Positions 19,870 to 29,809 of a stretch of DNA of 64,000 bases are shown here, piece after piece. This DNA comes from an uncultured Rhodospirillaceae bacterium (lineage in GTDB: Bacteria > Pseudomonadota > Alphaproteobacteria > UBA7887): assembly GCA_964515905.1 (NCBI GenBank), contig CAZEWK010000086.1:66265-130264 (forward strand). Reading direction: 5' to 3'. The translations under genes were made by a program, and so were the position numbers. Positions within the stretch are counted from its first letter, which is position 1. Each line of letters starts with the position of its first letter. The notes below the pieces were generated by a model. The model saw only the letters and a program-made list of their open reading frames with translations. It was not told the origin of the DNA and made no database searches.

Positions 19870-20334
19870 TTATGCTTTGCATTTGTGCAGGGCTTTAATT
19901 AAAGCTTCTGCAAAGTCAGCTCGTTCCTTCGGAGATAAAAATGATCCGATGCCTACGGTAGTGCCTTTTGATCGTAGGACAATTGAGCTATCATGCTTGG
20001 CTTCAAAATTACACTCGATCTGCAGCCAGTATGGTTGGAAGGACCATACAAGCGATTTTCCATTCTGTAGGAACCGGGAAACAGATAAGCTTGTTCTTCG
20101 GAGTTGTACGGTTTCTCTACGATTTGCTGATCGGTAACTGATGCGAAACGACAAATATAATAATAATAACTCAAGACCTAAAAACCCAGTTACGGGCCAG
20201 GCTCCAGCCAAAAAAAATATTAGACCTATAGTAAAGCAGAAGAATGATGCTGCAGCCATGACTATTAGAAAGCTCTTCTTAGTCAGAGACCGGTTAGGCG
20301 TTAATACCGCATCGAACAAAATTTCATTTTCCAT
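19870..20334 (-). CDS. DUF2244-like integral membrane protein
   Basis: 154 aa with two transmembrane helices (FLIVMAAASFFCFTIGLIFFLAGAWPVTGFLGLELLLLYL) and an LTPNRSL motif near the N-terminus. Overlapping ORFs on the opposite strand are judged spurious. Confidence 0.5.
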   Translation of the reverse strand: MENEILFDAVLTPNRSLTKKSFLIVMAAASFFCFTIGLIFFLAGAWPVTGFLGLELLLLYLSFRISYRSANRRETVQLRRTSLSVSRFLQNGKSLVWSFQPYWLQIECNFEAKHDSSIVLRSKGTTVGIGSFLSPKERADFAEALIKALHKCKA

Positions 20335-20481
20335 GGGCCTAGAAACTACATGATTACAGCCAGCGATGAATTTGTATGATACCTTTTCACTTTGCCTATG
20401 CCAACAGAGCTACTGATACATCAGTGACTATAAGGCAAGGCTCACATTAATAGATTCCATCTAAGAGCCATAAGAATTTCG

Positions 20482-21141
20482 ATGGAAAGAGATTTTATGA
20501 AGAAGGATAACATCGAAGAGATATTCAGACGATTTTCTGTCGAAGACCCGGAGCCAAAGGGCGAACTAAATTATCATAGTAATTACACGCTCCTAGTGGC
20601 AGTAGTTCTTTCGGCACAAGCAACTGATGTATCGGTTAATAAGGTCACCGAGCGCCTGTTTAGACATGCAGATACTCCCCATAAAATGCTGGAGTTAGGT
20701 GAAAAAAACGTTCGAGACCTGATTCGGACGGTGGGTCTTTTCAAAACTAAGGCAAAAAATGTGATAGCGCTTAGTAGAAAGTTGCTCGCTGAATTTGACG
20801 GTGTAGTCCCAGAAAGTCGGGAAGAACTTGTAACTCTGCCTGGAGTCGGACGTAAAACCGCAAATGTGGTACTCAATATTGCATTTGGGCACCCTACAAT
20901 AGCGGTTGATACTCACTTGTTCAGAGTAGGGAATAGAACAGGCCTTGCTGTTGGTAAGACGCCCCTTGAGGTTGAATTGCGCTTTGAAAAAGTTGTACCA
21001 AAAAAATATAGGCGACACGCACATCACTGGTTAATTCTTCACGGTCGCTATGTTTGTATTGCAAGAAAACCGAAGTGTATAGGTTGCTTAATTCATGATT
21101 TATGCGATTTTTCGGAAAAGACACCCGCTGAAACAAAATAA
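20482..21141 (+). CDS. nth: endonuclease III
   Basis: Helix-hairpin-helix motif LPGVGRKTANVVL plus the 4Fe-4S cluster motif C-x6-C-x2-C-x5-C (CIARKPKCIGCLIHDLC). An alternative start at Met 20497 is possible. Confidence 0.92.
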   Translation: MERDFMKKDNIEEIFRRFSVEDPEPKGELNYHSNYTLLVAVVLSAQATDVSVNKVTERLFRHADTPHKMLELGEKNVRDLIRTVGLFKTKAKNVIALSRKLLAEFDGVVPESREELVTLPGVGRKTANVVLNIAFGHPTIAVDTHLFRVGNRTGLAVGKTPLEVELRFEKVVPKKYRRHAHHWLILHGRYVCIARKPKCIGCLIHDLCDFSEKTPAETK

Positions 21142-21244
21142 TGCCGGCTTGAAGGGATCTAGACGATTATGATTATAATATTTTATTTAAAAACATTTCT
21201 TTAAAGTAGTTGAATTAAATGGCCCCGATTATTCTTAACCTTTT

Positions 21245-22246
21245 ATGAGCCAAGGAAAAAAAGTGTCCAGAAAACCGCTTGATGTTTTAGGAATTGGTAA
21301 TGCTATTGTTGATGTAATCGTTAAGACAAATGATGATTTCCTGTCTGACAAAAAACTTCAGAAAGGAAGTATGACATTGATCGATGGGGATCAGGCTTCA
21401 GTACTATATAGCGAAGTAGAAACAGAGACTGTAACCTCGGGTGGATCTGCTGCCAATACGATTGCCGGTATAGCCTCGATGGGTGGTCACGGGGCATTTA
21501 TTGGTAAGGTTTCTGATGACGAGCTGGGCAGAATATTTCGCGATGACATCTGTTCGTTGGGTATAGAATTTGTGAGCCAGCTCAGCATCAAGGGGCCGGC
21601 AACAGCGCGCTGTTTCGTATTTGTGACAGACGATGCAGAGAGAACGATGAATACATACTTAGGCGCATGTGCGGATCTTGGTCCTGAAGATGTTGATATT
21701 AATGTAGTCGGTGCTGCAAATGTCACATATCTGGAAGGGTACCTGTGGGACCCGCCTAAAGCGAAGGATGCGTTCCGTAAGGCTATAAATATTGCACACC
21801 AAGCGAGTCGTTTAGTGGCGTTCACGTTGTCTGATATTTTCTGTGTGGAACGGCATAGGACAGAATTTTTGGATTTGGTCAAGAACGATATCGATATACT
21901 CTTTGCCAATGAGCAGGAGATACAGTCTCTTTATAAAGTGGAAGCGTTTGCAGATGCTGTTCGCGAGATAAGAGGGCATTGTAAAATTGCGGTACTAACA
22001 CGAGGCTCGCTTGGTTCAACTATTGTTACACCTCACGAACTTCTTGAAGTTCCGGCATACCCAGTATCAAACGTTTTAGATACAACGGGGGCTGGTGACT
22101 TATACGCATCCGGATTCTTGTTCGGCTACTCTCAGGGGGCAGACTTAACAACTTGTGGGATGTATGGAGCCAAAGCCGCCTCTCAGATTATTAGTGATTA
22201 TGGGGCTCGTGCGACAGTTTCACTTTCTGATGTTCTAAATTCCTAA
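21245..22246 (+). CDS. PfkB family carbohydrate kinase (adenosine kinase-like)
   Basis: 333 aa with a ribokinase-like fold (GIGNAIVDV) and the signature DTTGAGD. Confidence 0.8.
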   Translation: MSQGKKVSRKPLDVLGIGNAIVDVIVKTNDDFLSDKKLQKGSMTLIDGDQASVLYSEVETETVTSGGSAANTIAGIASMGGHGAFIGKVSDDELGRIFRDDICSLGIEFVSQLSIKGPATARCFVFVTDDAERTMNTYLGACADLGPEDVDINVVGAANVTYLEGYLWDPPKAKDAFRKAINIAHQASRLVAFTLSDIFCVERHRTEFLDLVKNDIDILFANEQEIQSLYKVEAFADAVREIRGHCKIAVLTRGSLGSTIVTPHELLEVPAYPVSNVLDTTGAGDLYASGFLFGYSQGADLTTCGMYGAKAASQIISDYGARATVSLSDVLNS

Positions 22247-22299
22247 TTTGACAATTTCTAGATGGTTATAGTGCGCAGGTGGGTACGGGCACATACTAA

Positions 22300-23577
22300 A
22301 TGATAGATGCAAAATACAGTTGGGTGTCGGCAGTTACAATTTATAAAAACCCCAAGGTTGTTAGTATGCTTTTTCTAGGGTTTTCAGCGGGCCTTCCTTT
22401 TTTACTAATTTTTTCCACCCTTTCAGCTTGGCTGCGAACTGAGGAGGTTGATCGTGCAGCCATCGGGTTTTTCAGTTGGATCGGAATCACGTATTCCATA
22501 AAAGTTCTTTGGGCCCCAATAGTAGATCGGGTGTCCTTGCCTTTCTTGACGCGTCGGTTGGGTAGAAGACGAGGATGGATGTTCTTGGCAATGTGTGGAG
22601 TTGCATCCGGATTGATGGGTATGGCCGGTACGGAACCCAGCACGGACCTACTCTTTATAGCTTTGTTTGCCTTGTTAGTGGCCTTTTCATCCGCTACTCA
22701 GGATATTGCTATAGATGCATACCGTATTGAAGTGGTAGCGAAGGAATACCAAGGAGCAATGGCCGCTACGTATCAGTTGGGATACAGGATGGCATTACTT
22801 GTTGCAGGTGGTGGAGCCTTACTATTAGCAGACTCTGTCAGCTGGTCTTTAACTTATTTTTTCCTTTCTAGTCTCACTGTTGTTGGCATCGCCACCGTAC
22901 TCATAATCGATGAACCACAAATGTCAAAATCGTTCACAACTCCTTTGGGGGGTGTGCGCCGTTGGTTATCTGTCGCTGTGATGGATCCATTTGTGGATTT
23001 TTTTTCGCGGAATGGTCGGTATGCGATTCTGATATTATTGTTTATAGGATTATTTCGAATAAGCGATATTCTAATGGGAGTGATGGCCAACCCATTTTAT
23101 ATTGACCTTGGATTCTCGCTAAGTGAGATAGGCTTAATAATCAAAGGGTACGGCACTGTAGCCACAATAGTGGGGGCATTCTTAGGTGGTTTGGTGGTTG
23201 CAAAGTACGGGATCATGAAGCCTTTGTTGGTAGGTGCCGTGTTGTTAGCTTTCACCAATATTTTATTCTCCATTCTGGCACTAATTGGGCCTGATCGCAC
23301 CATGTTAATTGTTACCATAACTCTTGATAATCTGAGTGCAGGCCTTGCTGGGACTGTGTTCATCGCTTACCTGTCCAGCTTAACGAATGTGGCATATACT
23401 GCCACGCAATACGCTTTGTTCAGCTCACTGATGACCTTGCCAGGGAAGTTCCTTGGAGGCTTTACAGGTATTGTAGTCAATGCGACAGGATATTTTGAGT
23501 TCTTTATTTATGCTGCACTAGCAGGTGTCCCTGCTATTGTTTTAGTTGTCATTTTAATGCGGTCCGAAAAATCTTAA
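22300..23577 (+). CDS. ampG: AmpG family muropeptide MFS transporter
   Basis: 425 aa with about 12 transmembrane segments, including LGFSAGLPFLL, GFFSWIGITYSIKVLWAPIVDR and RRRGW. Confidence 0.85.
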   Translation: MIDAKYSWVSAVTIYKNPKVVSMLFLGFSAGLPFLLIFSTLSAWLRTEEVDRAAIGFFSWIGITYSIKVLWAPIVDRVSLPFLTRRLGRRRGWMFLAMCGVASGLMGMAGTEPSTDLLFIALFALLVAFSSATQDIAIDAYRIEVVAKEYQGAMAATYQLGYRMALLVAGGGALLLADSVSWSLTYFFLSSLTVVGIATVLIIDEPQMSKSFTTPLGGVRRWLSVAVMDPFVDFFSRNGRYAILILLFIGLFRISDILMGVMANPFYIDLGFSLSEIGLIIKGYGTVATIVGAFLGGLVVAKYGIMKPLLVGAVLLAFTNILFSILALIGPDRTMLIVTITLDNLSAGLAGTVFIAYLSSLTNVAYTATQYALFSSLMTLPGKFLGGFTGIVVNATGYFEFFIYAALAGVPAIVLVVILMRSEKS

Positions 23578-24320
23578 TTTGTTTTGTAGGCGTAAAGTCG
23601 AATTCCCGGCTTCCATGCCCAACGTTTTTGGGCGACGCTGAGCCCATGGTGTGAAAGTAGTTTAGTTAAATTTTTTGGGTTAAAATATATACAGTGTGCA
23701 GGCGGGCAAAAAGCGTCCCATCGGCTAATATCATTTGGTCGGCGCCAATGGCTGATGTCGGGGGTCGTCAAGTAAAGCAGGGCACCTGGTCTCATCAGAC
23801 GGGCAGCAGCAGATATGAAGCTATTGGAATCTGAGACATGTTCAACCACTTCAGAACAATACACTATATCGAAAGGTTTAATGGGTTGGTACTCTTCAAC
23901 CCGACCATGAAAATATTCATTGTCTGGAAAATTGCGTTGGGCATATTCAAGCGATATGGGATCTAACTCGATTCCCACGGCATCAAATCCATTCTCGTGG
24001 GCTGCCTCTACCATAAAACCTCCATTGCAGCCTATATCCAGAAACCGCCGTCCGGAAGCTCTCCGCCGTATGCGGGAAATCAATCGGCGGGATCGGCGCA
24101 TTTTTTTGTTTGCTTTGATAAAGTAGCCTGCAGTATTCCCGTCATAAGCATCAGCGTATAATTCGCTTAATTCGTCGTCTGTTGGCATGGGATCTTGGTA
24201 CACCAATTGGCAACTTCTACACTGATATAATTGGAATCCATTTTTTGATGCAAAGAAATCAGGACGATTTTCTCCACATACTTGGCACGGCATTTGTTGA
24301 TTTTTTGGAGAACCCACCAT
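23574..24320 (-). CDS. class I SAM-dependent methyltransferase with N-terminal C4 zinc-ribbon
   Basis: 248 aa. The N-terminus has a C-x2-C-x17-C-x2-C motif, followed by SAM-binding motif I (FLDIGCNGGF). Its end overlaps the convergent ampG by 4 nt. Confidence 0.7.
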   Translation of the reverse strand: MVGSPKNQQMPCQVCGENRPDFFASKNGFQLYQCRSCQLVYQDPMPTDDELSELYADAYDGNTAGYFIKANKKMRRSRRLISRIRRRASGRRFLDIGCNGGFMVEAAHENGFDAVGIELDPISLEYAQRNFPDNEYFHGRVEEYQPIKPFDIVYCSEVVEHVSDSNSFISAAARLMRPGALLYLTTPDISHWRRPNDISRWDAFCPPAHCIYFNPKNLTKLLSHHGLSVAQKRWAWKPGIRLYAYKTN

Positions 24321-24576
24321 TGCTCTATATGTACTTATTTACGCGTTGGCCTAATTTAAGAGAAGAATTCGGCGACAATCGACCTTCGTTGTTACGGTCT
24401 CTATCTTGTATATGCTAGTTCACTACTAAAGGGAATACGAACCTACTGAACACGGCCCAGTGTTTCAAAATTGATAAAGTTCTATTGAATCGGTGCTTCT
24501 ACTGCATAGCCTGCAGAACGAACCGTGCGGATTAAATCGATTTCGTCGGGACCATTCAGTTTTTGTCACTTTTGTG

Positions 24577-26904
24577 CTACGCTGTTTTGCGCCGAGAGTT
24601 TTTCTTTGAAGATCGTGAACTGCTCGGTTTCATATGGCGGATCGCTTCATGTGCTGCAAAAGCAGCTTGGTTGATAATGGCTGAGACGGTTGAACCCATG
24701 GGTACAATCTGCGCTGGTTTACTTAAACCCATCAGTAAAGGTCCTATGACAATGCGGTTGCCAATCTCTTTGAGTAATTTGGCTGAGATATTGGCGCTAT
24801 GTAGAGCTGGCATGATCAGTACATTGGCGGGTCCAGACAGCCTGCAGAACGGATAATGTTCAAGCAAACTTGGATCAAGTGCTACATCTGCGGCAATTTC
24901 ACCATCGTATTCAAAATTGACTTTTCGAGAATCCAATTCTTGAACAGCATTGCGAATTCGATCGGCCTGTTCCCACCGTGGATTGCCAAAATTAGAATTT
25001 GATAACAAGGCCACCTTTGGTTCATGGCCCATTGATTGGGCTTTGGCCGCAGTTTGACAGGCAATGTCAGCTAACTCTTCTGGTGTGGGAAGTTCGTGGA
25101 CAGTTGTGTCAGCAATAAAGACAGTGCGGTTACCAGCAATGACCATCGAAAGTCCAAACAAACGTTCGTTTGGGCGGGGATCTAGTACTCGTTGGATCTC
25201 TTTTAGGGCCACATAATAACTGCGGGTTAATCCTGTGACCATCGCATCCGCATGATCTAAGGCAACCATGCAGGCTGCATGGATGTTACGGTCTTGGTTT
25301 ACAAGTCTTTGACAGTCTCTGAATAGAAAACCGTTTCGCTGTTGTCGAGAATATAAGAAATCGGTGTATAGTTTGTTTTGTTTGCTGACACTCGCGTTAT
25401 GAATTTCCAAGCTTTCAGGTCCAGACAGACCCAGTGTTGACATTTTTTCAAGGATCTCGTTTTCCCGGCCGATAAGAATGGGCGTTCCGAGGCCAAGGCT
25501 CCTCCACTGCAGTGCAGCTCGAATCACTTGTTCTTGCTCACCCTCGGCAAAAACCATTCGCACAGGGTGTGCCCTGATCACGTCCTGGATCATTTGCACG
25601 CTGCCAGCGGTTGGATCCAGTCTCACACTGAGTTGCCGGCGATAAGTCGGTTCGTCTTTGAAGGGTCTTTTGGCTACTCCTGAGGCAATAGCCGCTTTTG
25701 CCACAGCTAGTGGGACTGATGTTATGAGGCGAGGGTCGAATGGTGCTGGTATAATATAATTGGGCCCATAACTTAGCCTCGTAGAGGAGTAGGCAAGAGC
25801 AACTTCGTCAGGCACATCTTCTCGGGCTAACGCCGCAATCGCCTCTGCAGCAGCAATTTTCATCTCATCGTTAATCGTTGTTGCCCTGACATCCAGGGCA
25901 CCCCTAAAAATGTAGGGGAATCCTAATACATTATTGACTTGATTGGGGTAGTCCGAACGGCCCGTAGCCATTATTGCGTCCCCGCGTATGGCAGCAACTT
26001 CTTCCGGGGTAATCTCCGGATCCGGATTGGCCATAGCAAAAATGATCGGGTGCGGGGCCATGTTTTTGACCATTTTCGGAGTCATTACACCTTTTTTGGA
26101 GAGACCAAAGAAAACATCTGCACCATCAAGAGCCGCCGCTAAAGTTCGACATTTTGTACTGCTTGCATGGGCTGATTTCCATTGGTTCATACCCACTTCT
26201 CGGCCAGTATAGATGACGCCTCGGGTGTCACAGACGACTATGTTGTTCGGAGGGACACCCATGCCCTTTAACAGTTCAGCACTTGCGATTCCGGCTGCCC
26301 CAGCGCCATTTACGACAATTTTAGTGTCCTTTATGTTTCTATCTGTAAGGTGTAGAGCATTGAGGAACCCTGCTGCAGCAATTATTGCCGTTCCATGCTG
26401 GTCGTCATGGAACACTGGTATGTCCATTTCCTCTCGGAGTTGTTGTTCAATAATAAAGCATTCAGGAGCACGAATATCCTCTAAATTGATGCCTCCCCAA
26501 CTTTTGCCTAGAAAGCGTACACAGTTCACAAATTCATCAACATTTTGGGTATCAATTTCAAGATCGATACTGTCAATATCTGCAAATCGCTTAAATAGAA
26601 CGGCCTTGCCTTCCATCACTGGCTTAGCGGCCAGAGCCCCTAAGTTGCCAAGCCCCAAGACCGCAGTCCCATTTGATATTACGGCCACCATATTGCCTTT
26701 GGATGTATACTCGTATGCAGCGTCAGAGTTTTTTTGTATCTTAAGACATGGTTCTGCTACACCTGGAGAATAGGCAAGAGATAGCTCTCGGGCAGTGGTC
26801 AGGGGTTTGGTAGCTCTAACCTCTAGTTTGCCAGGCTTCCCGTTGGCGTGAAAGGCCAGTGCTTCGTCACGCATTGCTTTTGATGTAGGATTAGATGGGG
26901 GCAT
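24577..26904 (-). CDS. maeB: NADP-dependent malic enzyme with C-terminal phosphotransacetylase-like domain
   Basis: 775 aa with a malic enzyme N-terminal region (SLAYSPGV, VVNGAGAAGIA) and a PTA-like C-terminal region. A short basic C-terminal tail is present. Confidence 0.92.
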   Translation of the reverse strand: MPPSNPTSKAMRDEALAFHANGKPGKLEVRATKPLTTARELSLAYSPGVAEPCLKIQKNSDAAYEYTSKGNMVAVISNGTAVLGLGNLGALAAKPVMEGKAVLFKRFADIDSIDLEIDTQNVDEFVNCVRFLGKSWGGINLEDIRAPECFIIEQQLREEMDIPVFHDDQHGTAIIAAAGFLNALHLTDRNIKDTKIVVNGAGAAGIASAELLKGMGVPPNNIVVCDTRGVIYTGREVGMNQWKSAHASSTKCRTLAAALDGADVFFGLSKKGVMTPKMVKNMAPHPIIFAMANPDPEITPEEVAAIRGDAIMATGRSDYPNQVNNVLGFPYIFRGALDVRATTINDEMKIAAAEAIAALAREDVPDEVALAYSSTRLSYGPNYIIPAPFDPRLITSVPLAVAKAAIASGVAKRPFKDEPTYRRQLSVRLDPTAGSVQMIQDVIRAHPVRMVFAEGEQEQVIRAALQWRSLGLGTPILIGRENEILEKMSTLGLSGPESLEIHNASVSKQNKLYTDFLYSRQQRNGFLFRDCQRLVNQDRNIHAACMVALDHADAMVTGLTRSYYVALKEIQRVLDPRPNERLFGLSMVIAGNRTVFIADTTVHELPTPEELADIACQTAAKAQSMGHEPKVALLSNSNFGNPRWEQADRIRNAVQELDSRKVNFEYDGEIAADVALDPSLLEHYPFCRLSGPANVLIMPALHSANISAKLLKEIGNRIVIGPLLMGLSKPAQIVPMGSTVSAIINQAAFAAHEAIRHMKPSSSRSSKKNSRRKTA

Positions 26905-27051
26905 TTTTTAATCCTTGGAAGTAAGTATCCGGACCTATTGTTAAGAATGTAGTGCCGCGATTAACCGGCGTAAAGCGGTCCCAACAACAATTTGGTATGC
27001 TATGCTATAAAATATGAAAAAAGAGCAGAAAAAACCAAAAAAATAAAGCCT

Positions 27052-29700
27052 ATGCGCATGGCCAGTAACGCGACGACACCTAACATTACGCCCATGATGG
27101 CCCAGTATTTGGAAATCAAAGAGGCACATTCCGATAGCTTACTTTTTTTTCGGATGGGTGATTTTTACGAGATGTTTTTCGACGATGCAGTGGCAGCGTC
27201 GGGTGCGCTCGATATTGCGTTAACTAAACGCGGAAAACATGAGGGATCTGACATCCCAATGTGTGGGGTGCCTGTGCACAGTCACCAAACGTATTTGCAG
27301 AGGTTGATCAAAAAAGGCTTTAGAGTCGCGATTTGTGAACAAATAGAAGACCCGGCTGAGGCACGGAAACGCCCAGGTAAGGTGATTGTCAAACGCGCCG
27401 TTGAAAGGATCATTACGCCCGGAACCCTTACTGAGGAAACTTTGCTGGATGCGCGTTCCAATAACCATTTAGTGGCCTTTGCTCAAGTGAGCGGAGAAAC
27501 TGCTTTAGCGTGGATAGATGTCTCAACTGGCTCTTTTTGGGCAAGCACACCTCCTCAGCGGGAACTAACGGCCACTTTATCTCAGCTTTCACCGGGAGAA
27601 ATCCTAGTTGCCGATTCCTTTTTGGCAAACGCTACACTCTCTGAAGTGTTACGGGATTGGAGTAATTTACTCACGACGCTTCCAATTGACCGCTTCGAAA
27701 GTCTTTCTGGCGAACGTCAACTGAAGAGATTTTTCAGAGTGGCCTCTCTTGAGCCTTTTGGTGCCTTCCATAGGGCGGAGGTGGCTGCATGTGGTGCTTT
27801 ATTGACCTACCTTGAATTGACCCAGAAGGGGCGGCTACCGAGACTGTCACCACCACGCCGGCAAACTGCAGATTCAGTTATGGCGATTGATGCCGCCACT
27901 CGGCGTAATCTCGAAATTACGGTAGCCGCTGATGGCGGGCGCACTCATAGCCTGCTGGGGGCCATAGATAGAACTTTAACTGGGCCCGGAGCACGATTGT
28001 TGTCTGTCCGTTTGTCTGCACCATTAACTCAGCCATCAGAGATTAATAAACGCTTAGATATGGTTGACTGGTTTTTGAAGGAAACAAAGAGCAGGATGGA
28101 GGCACGAGAAATTCTGCGGTCGTGTCCTGATATTGAACGATCAATGGGTCGATTGGCGCTGGAGCGTGGTGGGCCTAGAGATTTAGCGGCTATTCGGGAT
28201 GCTTTGGTCAAGGCTAAAGCCCTCAAGAAACTTCTAACCGCTGATAATAGGGCAGAATTGCCAGAGCAGTTGTCGTTTATAGTAAGAGAATTCGATAAAA
28301 ATGATGAGCTAATTGAAATGTTCGCCGCAGCACTAGCTGAAGAGTTGCCGATGTTTGCACGGGACGGTGATTTTATTTCACCGGAGTACTCAGGGCCGTT
28401 GGATGAACATCGTTTTGCTAGGGATGAAAGCAGACGTTTAGTTCGCGACCTCGAAAAAAATTATCGTGAAAAGACAGGTGTTAACACCCTAAAGGTAAAA
28501 CATAATAATATTCTTGGCTATTTTGTTGAGGTCACACCCTTACAGTCAGATAAAATTCCTAGTTCTTTCATACATAGACAAACCCTAGCGAGTGCAGTGC
28601 GTTTTACCACGACAGAACTAGGAGGGTTAGAGCAAAAGATCAAGCTTGCTGGTGAAATGGCTCTAAGTCTTGAACTCAAGATATTCGATGAACTGGTTGA
28701 ATCAGTGGTGCTCAAACATGAGTTGCTCGGGCGAGTTGCAGACGGTATAGCCCAAGTTGATGTGGCGGCTGGGCTGGCCGAATTGGCAGGAGTCCGACAA
28801 TACGTGCGGCCTCTGATTGATTCCGGTAGAGACTTTACTATTGTCGGTGGCAGGCACCCAGTGGTGGAAGGGGTAGCTGAAGCGCAAGTGGGGTCTTCAT
28901 CGTTTATCGCTAACGACTGTAAACTGTCCGATGAACAACGTATTTGGTTGTTGACCGGACCGAATATGGCCGGGAAAAGCACATTCCTTCGCCAAAATGC
29001 ACTTATTGCTTTGTTGGGACAAATGGGTTCATTCGTGCCCGCAGTCTCTGCTAGATTTGGTGTTGTAGACCGTTTGTTTAGTCGCGTTGGGGCGTCAGAT
29101 GATCTTGCTCGGGGGCGTTCTACATTTATGGTCGAAATGGTTGAGACAGCGGCAATTCTGAATCAGGCAGGGCCAAATGCATTGGTAGTTTTGGACGAAA
29201 TTGGACGTGGGACTGCAACATATGACGGCCTCTCCATTGCCTGGGCCACAATAGAATATCTGCACAATCATAATTGCTGCAGGGCTCTTTTTGCCACTCA
29301 CTTTCACGAGCTCACGGCTCTTACCACAATATTGAAATTCCTTAGTTGCTATCATATGAAGGTAAGGGAATGGGAAGACGAAGTCGTATTCCTTTATGAG
29401 GTGGGCCCAGGCGCTGCTGACCGTTCATATGGGATACAAGTGGCGCGGTTGGCCGGATTACCCGATTCCGTCCTCGACCGAGCCCGAGAGGTGCTGGCAG
29501 GCTTAGAACGAGAGGAACGTGGGTCGCAATCAAAGCACCTAGTGGGAGATATGCCACTTTTTTCTGCATCCAGTTTGCGAACGGAGAAACTTGTGGGCGA
29601 GGAGTTAACCGAACATATACAGGAAATAAATCCGGATTTATTAAGTCCAATGGAAGCGCTAGAGTTAATTTACAAACTAAAGCATTTGACCGATCAATGA
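27052..29700 (+). CDS. mutS: DNA mismatch repair protein MutS
   Basis: Mismatch-binding N-terminus (MAQYLEIKEAHSDSLLFFRMGDFYEMFFDDA) and Walker A motif GPNMAGKST. The start is at Met 27052 or 27058; the ORF track extends further upstream. Confidence 0.95.
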   Translation: MRMASNATTPNITPMMAQYLEIKEAHSDSLLFFRMGDFYEMFFDDAVAASGALDIALTKRGKHEGSDIPMCGVPVHSHQTYLQRLIKKGFRVAICEQIEDPAEARKRPGKVIVKRAVERIITPGTLTEETLLDARSNNHLVAFAQVSGETALAWIDVSTGSFWASTPPQRELTATLSQLSPGEILVADSFLANATLSEVLRDWSNLLTTLPIDRFESLSGERQLKRFFRVASLEPFGAFHRAEVAACGALLTYLELTQKGRLPRLSPPRRQTADSVMAIDAATRRNLEITVAADGGRTHSLLGAIDRTLTGPGARLLSVRLSAPLTQPSEINKRLDMVDWFLKETKSRMEAREILRSCPDIERSMGRLALERGGPRDLAAIRDALVKAKALKKLLTADNRAELPEQLSFIVREFDKNDELIEMFAAALAEELPMFARDGDFISPEYSGPLDEHRFARDESRRLVRDLEKNYREKTGVNTLKVKHNNILGYFVEVTPLQSDKIPSSFIHRQTLASAVRFTTTELGGLEQKIKLAGEMALSLELKIFDELVESVVLKHELLGRVADGIAQVDVAAGLAELAGVRQYVRPLIDSGRDFTIVGGRHPVVEGVAEAQVGSSSFIANDCKLSDEQRIWLLTGPNMAGKSTFLRQNALIALLGQMGSFVPAVSARFGVVDRLFSRVGASDDLARGRSTFMVEMVETAAILNQAGPNALVVLDEIGRGTATYDGLSIAWATIEYLHNHNCCRALFATHFHELTALTTILKFLSCYHMKVREWEDEVVFLYEVGPGAADRSYGIQVARLAGLPDSVLDRAREVLAGLEREERGSQSKHLVGDMPLFSASSLRTEKLVGEELTEHIQEINPDLLSPMEALELIYKLKHLTDQ

Positions 29701-29809
29701 AGTGAGAGGCAGGATTAGATCTTCTCAACTTGTGTAAGCGTTAATGGATGAACAGTAGCTAGGATCAGATAGGTCTCCGGCGATTGGTGTCAAACCTACG
29801 AGAATAAAA

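Noticed and set aside
20141-20353. 70-aa and 102-aa plus-strand ORFs overlapping the DUF2244-like gene
   Set aside because: They are antisense to the coherent two-TM membrane protein and are Asn/Lys-rich low-complexity translations.
24509-24860. 13-nt direct repeat AGCCTGCAGAACG at about 24509 and about 24842
   Set aside because: One copy is inside the maeB coding sequence and one is in the spacer. It is short and has no associated structure, so it is likely chance.
25988-26773. Plus-strand ORFs (74 aa, 186 aa) antisense to maeB
   Set aside because: They lie within a strongly supported maeB coding region and are low-complexity Ala/Pro/Ser-rich antisense translations.
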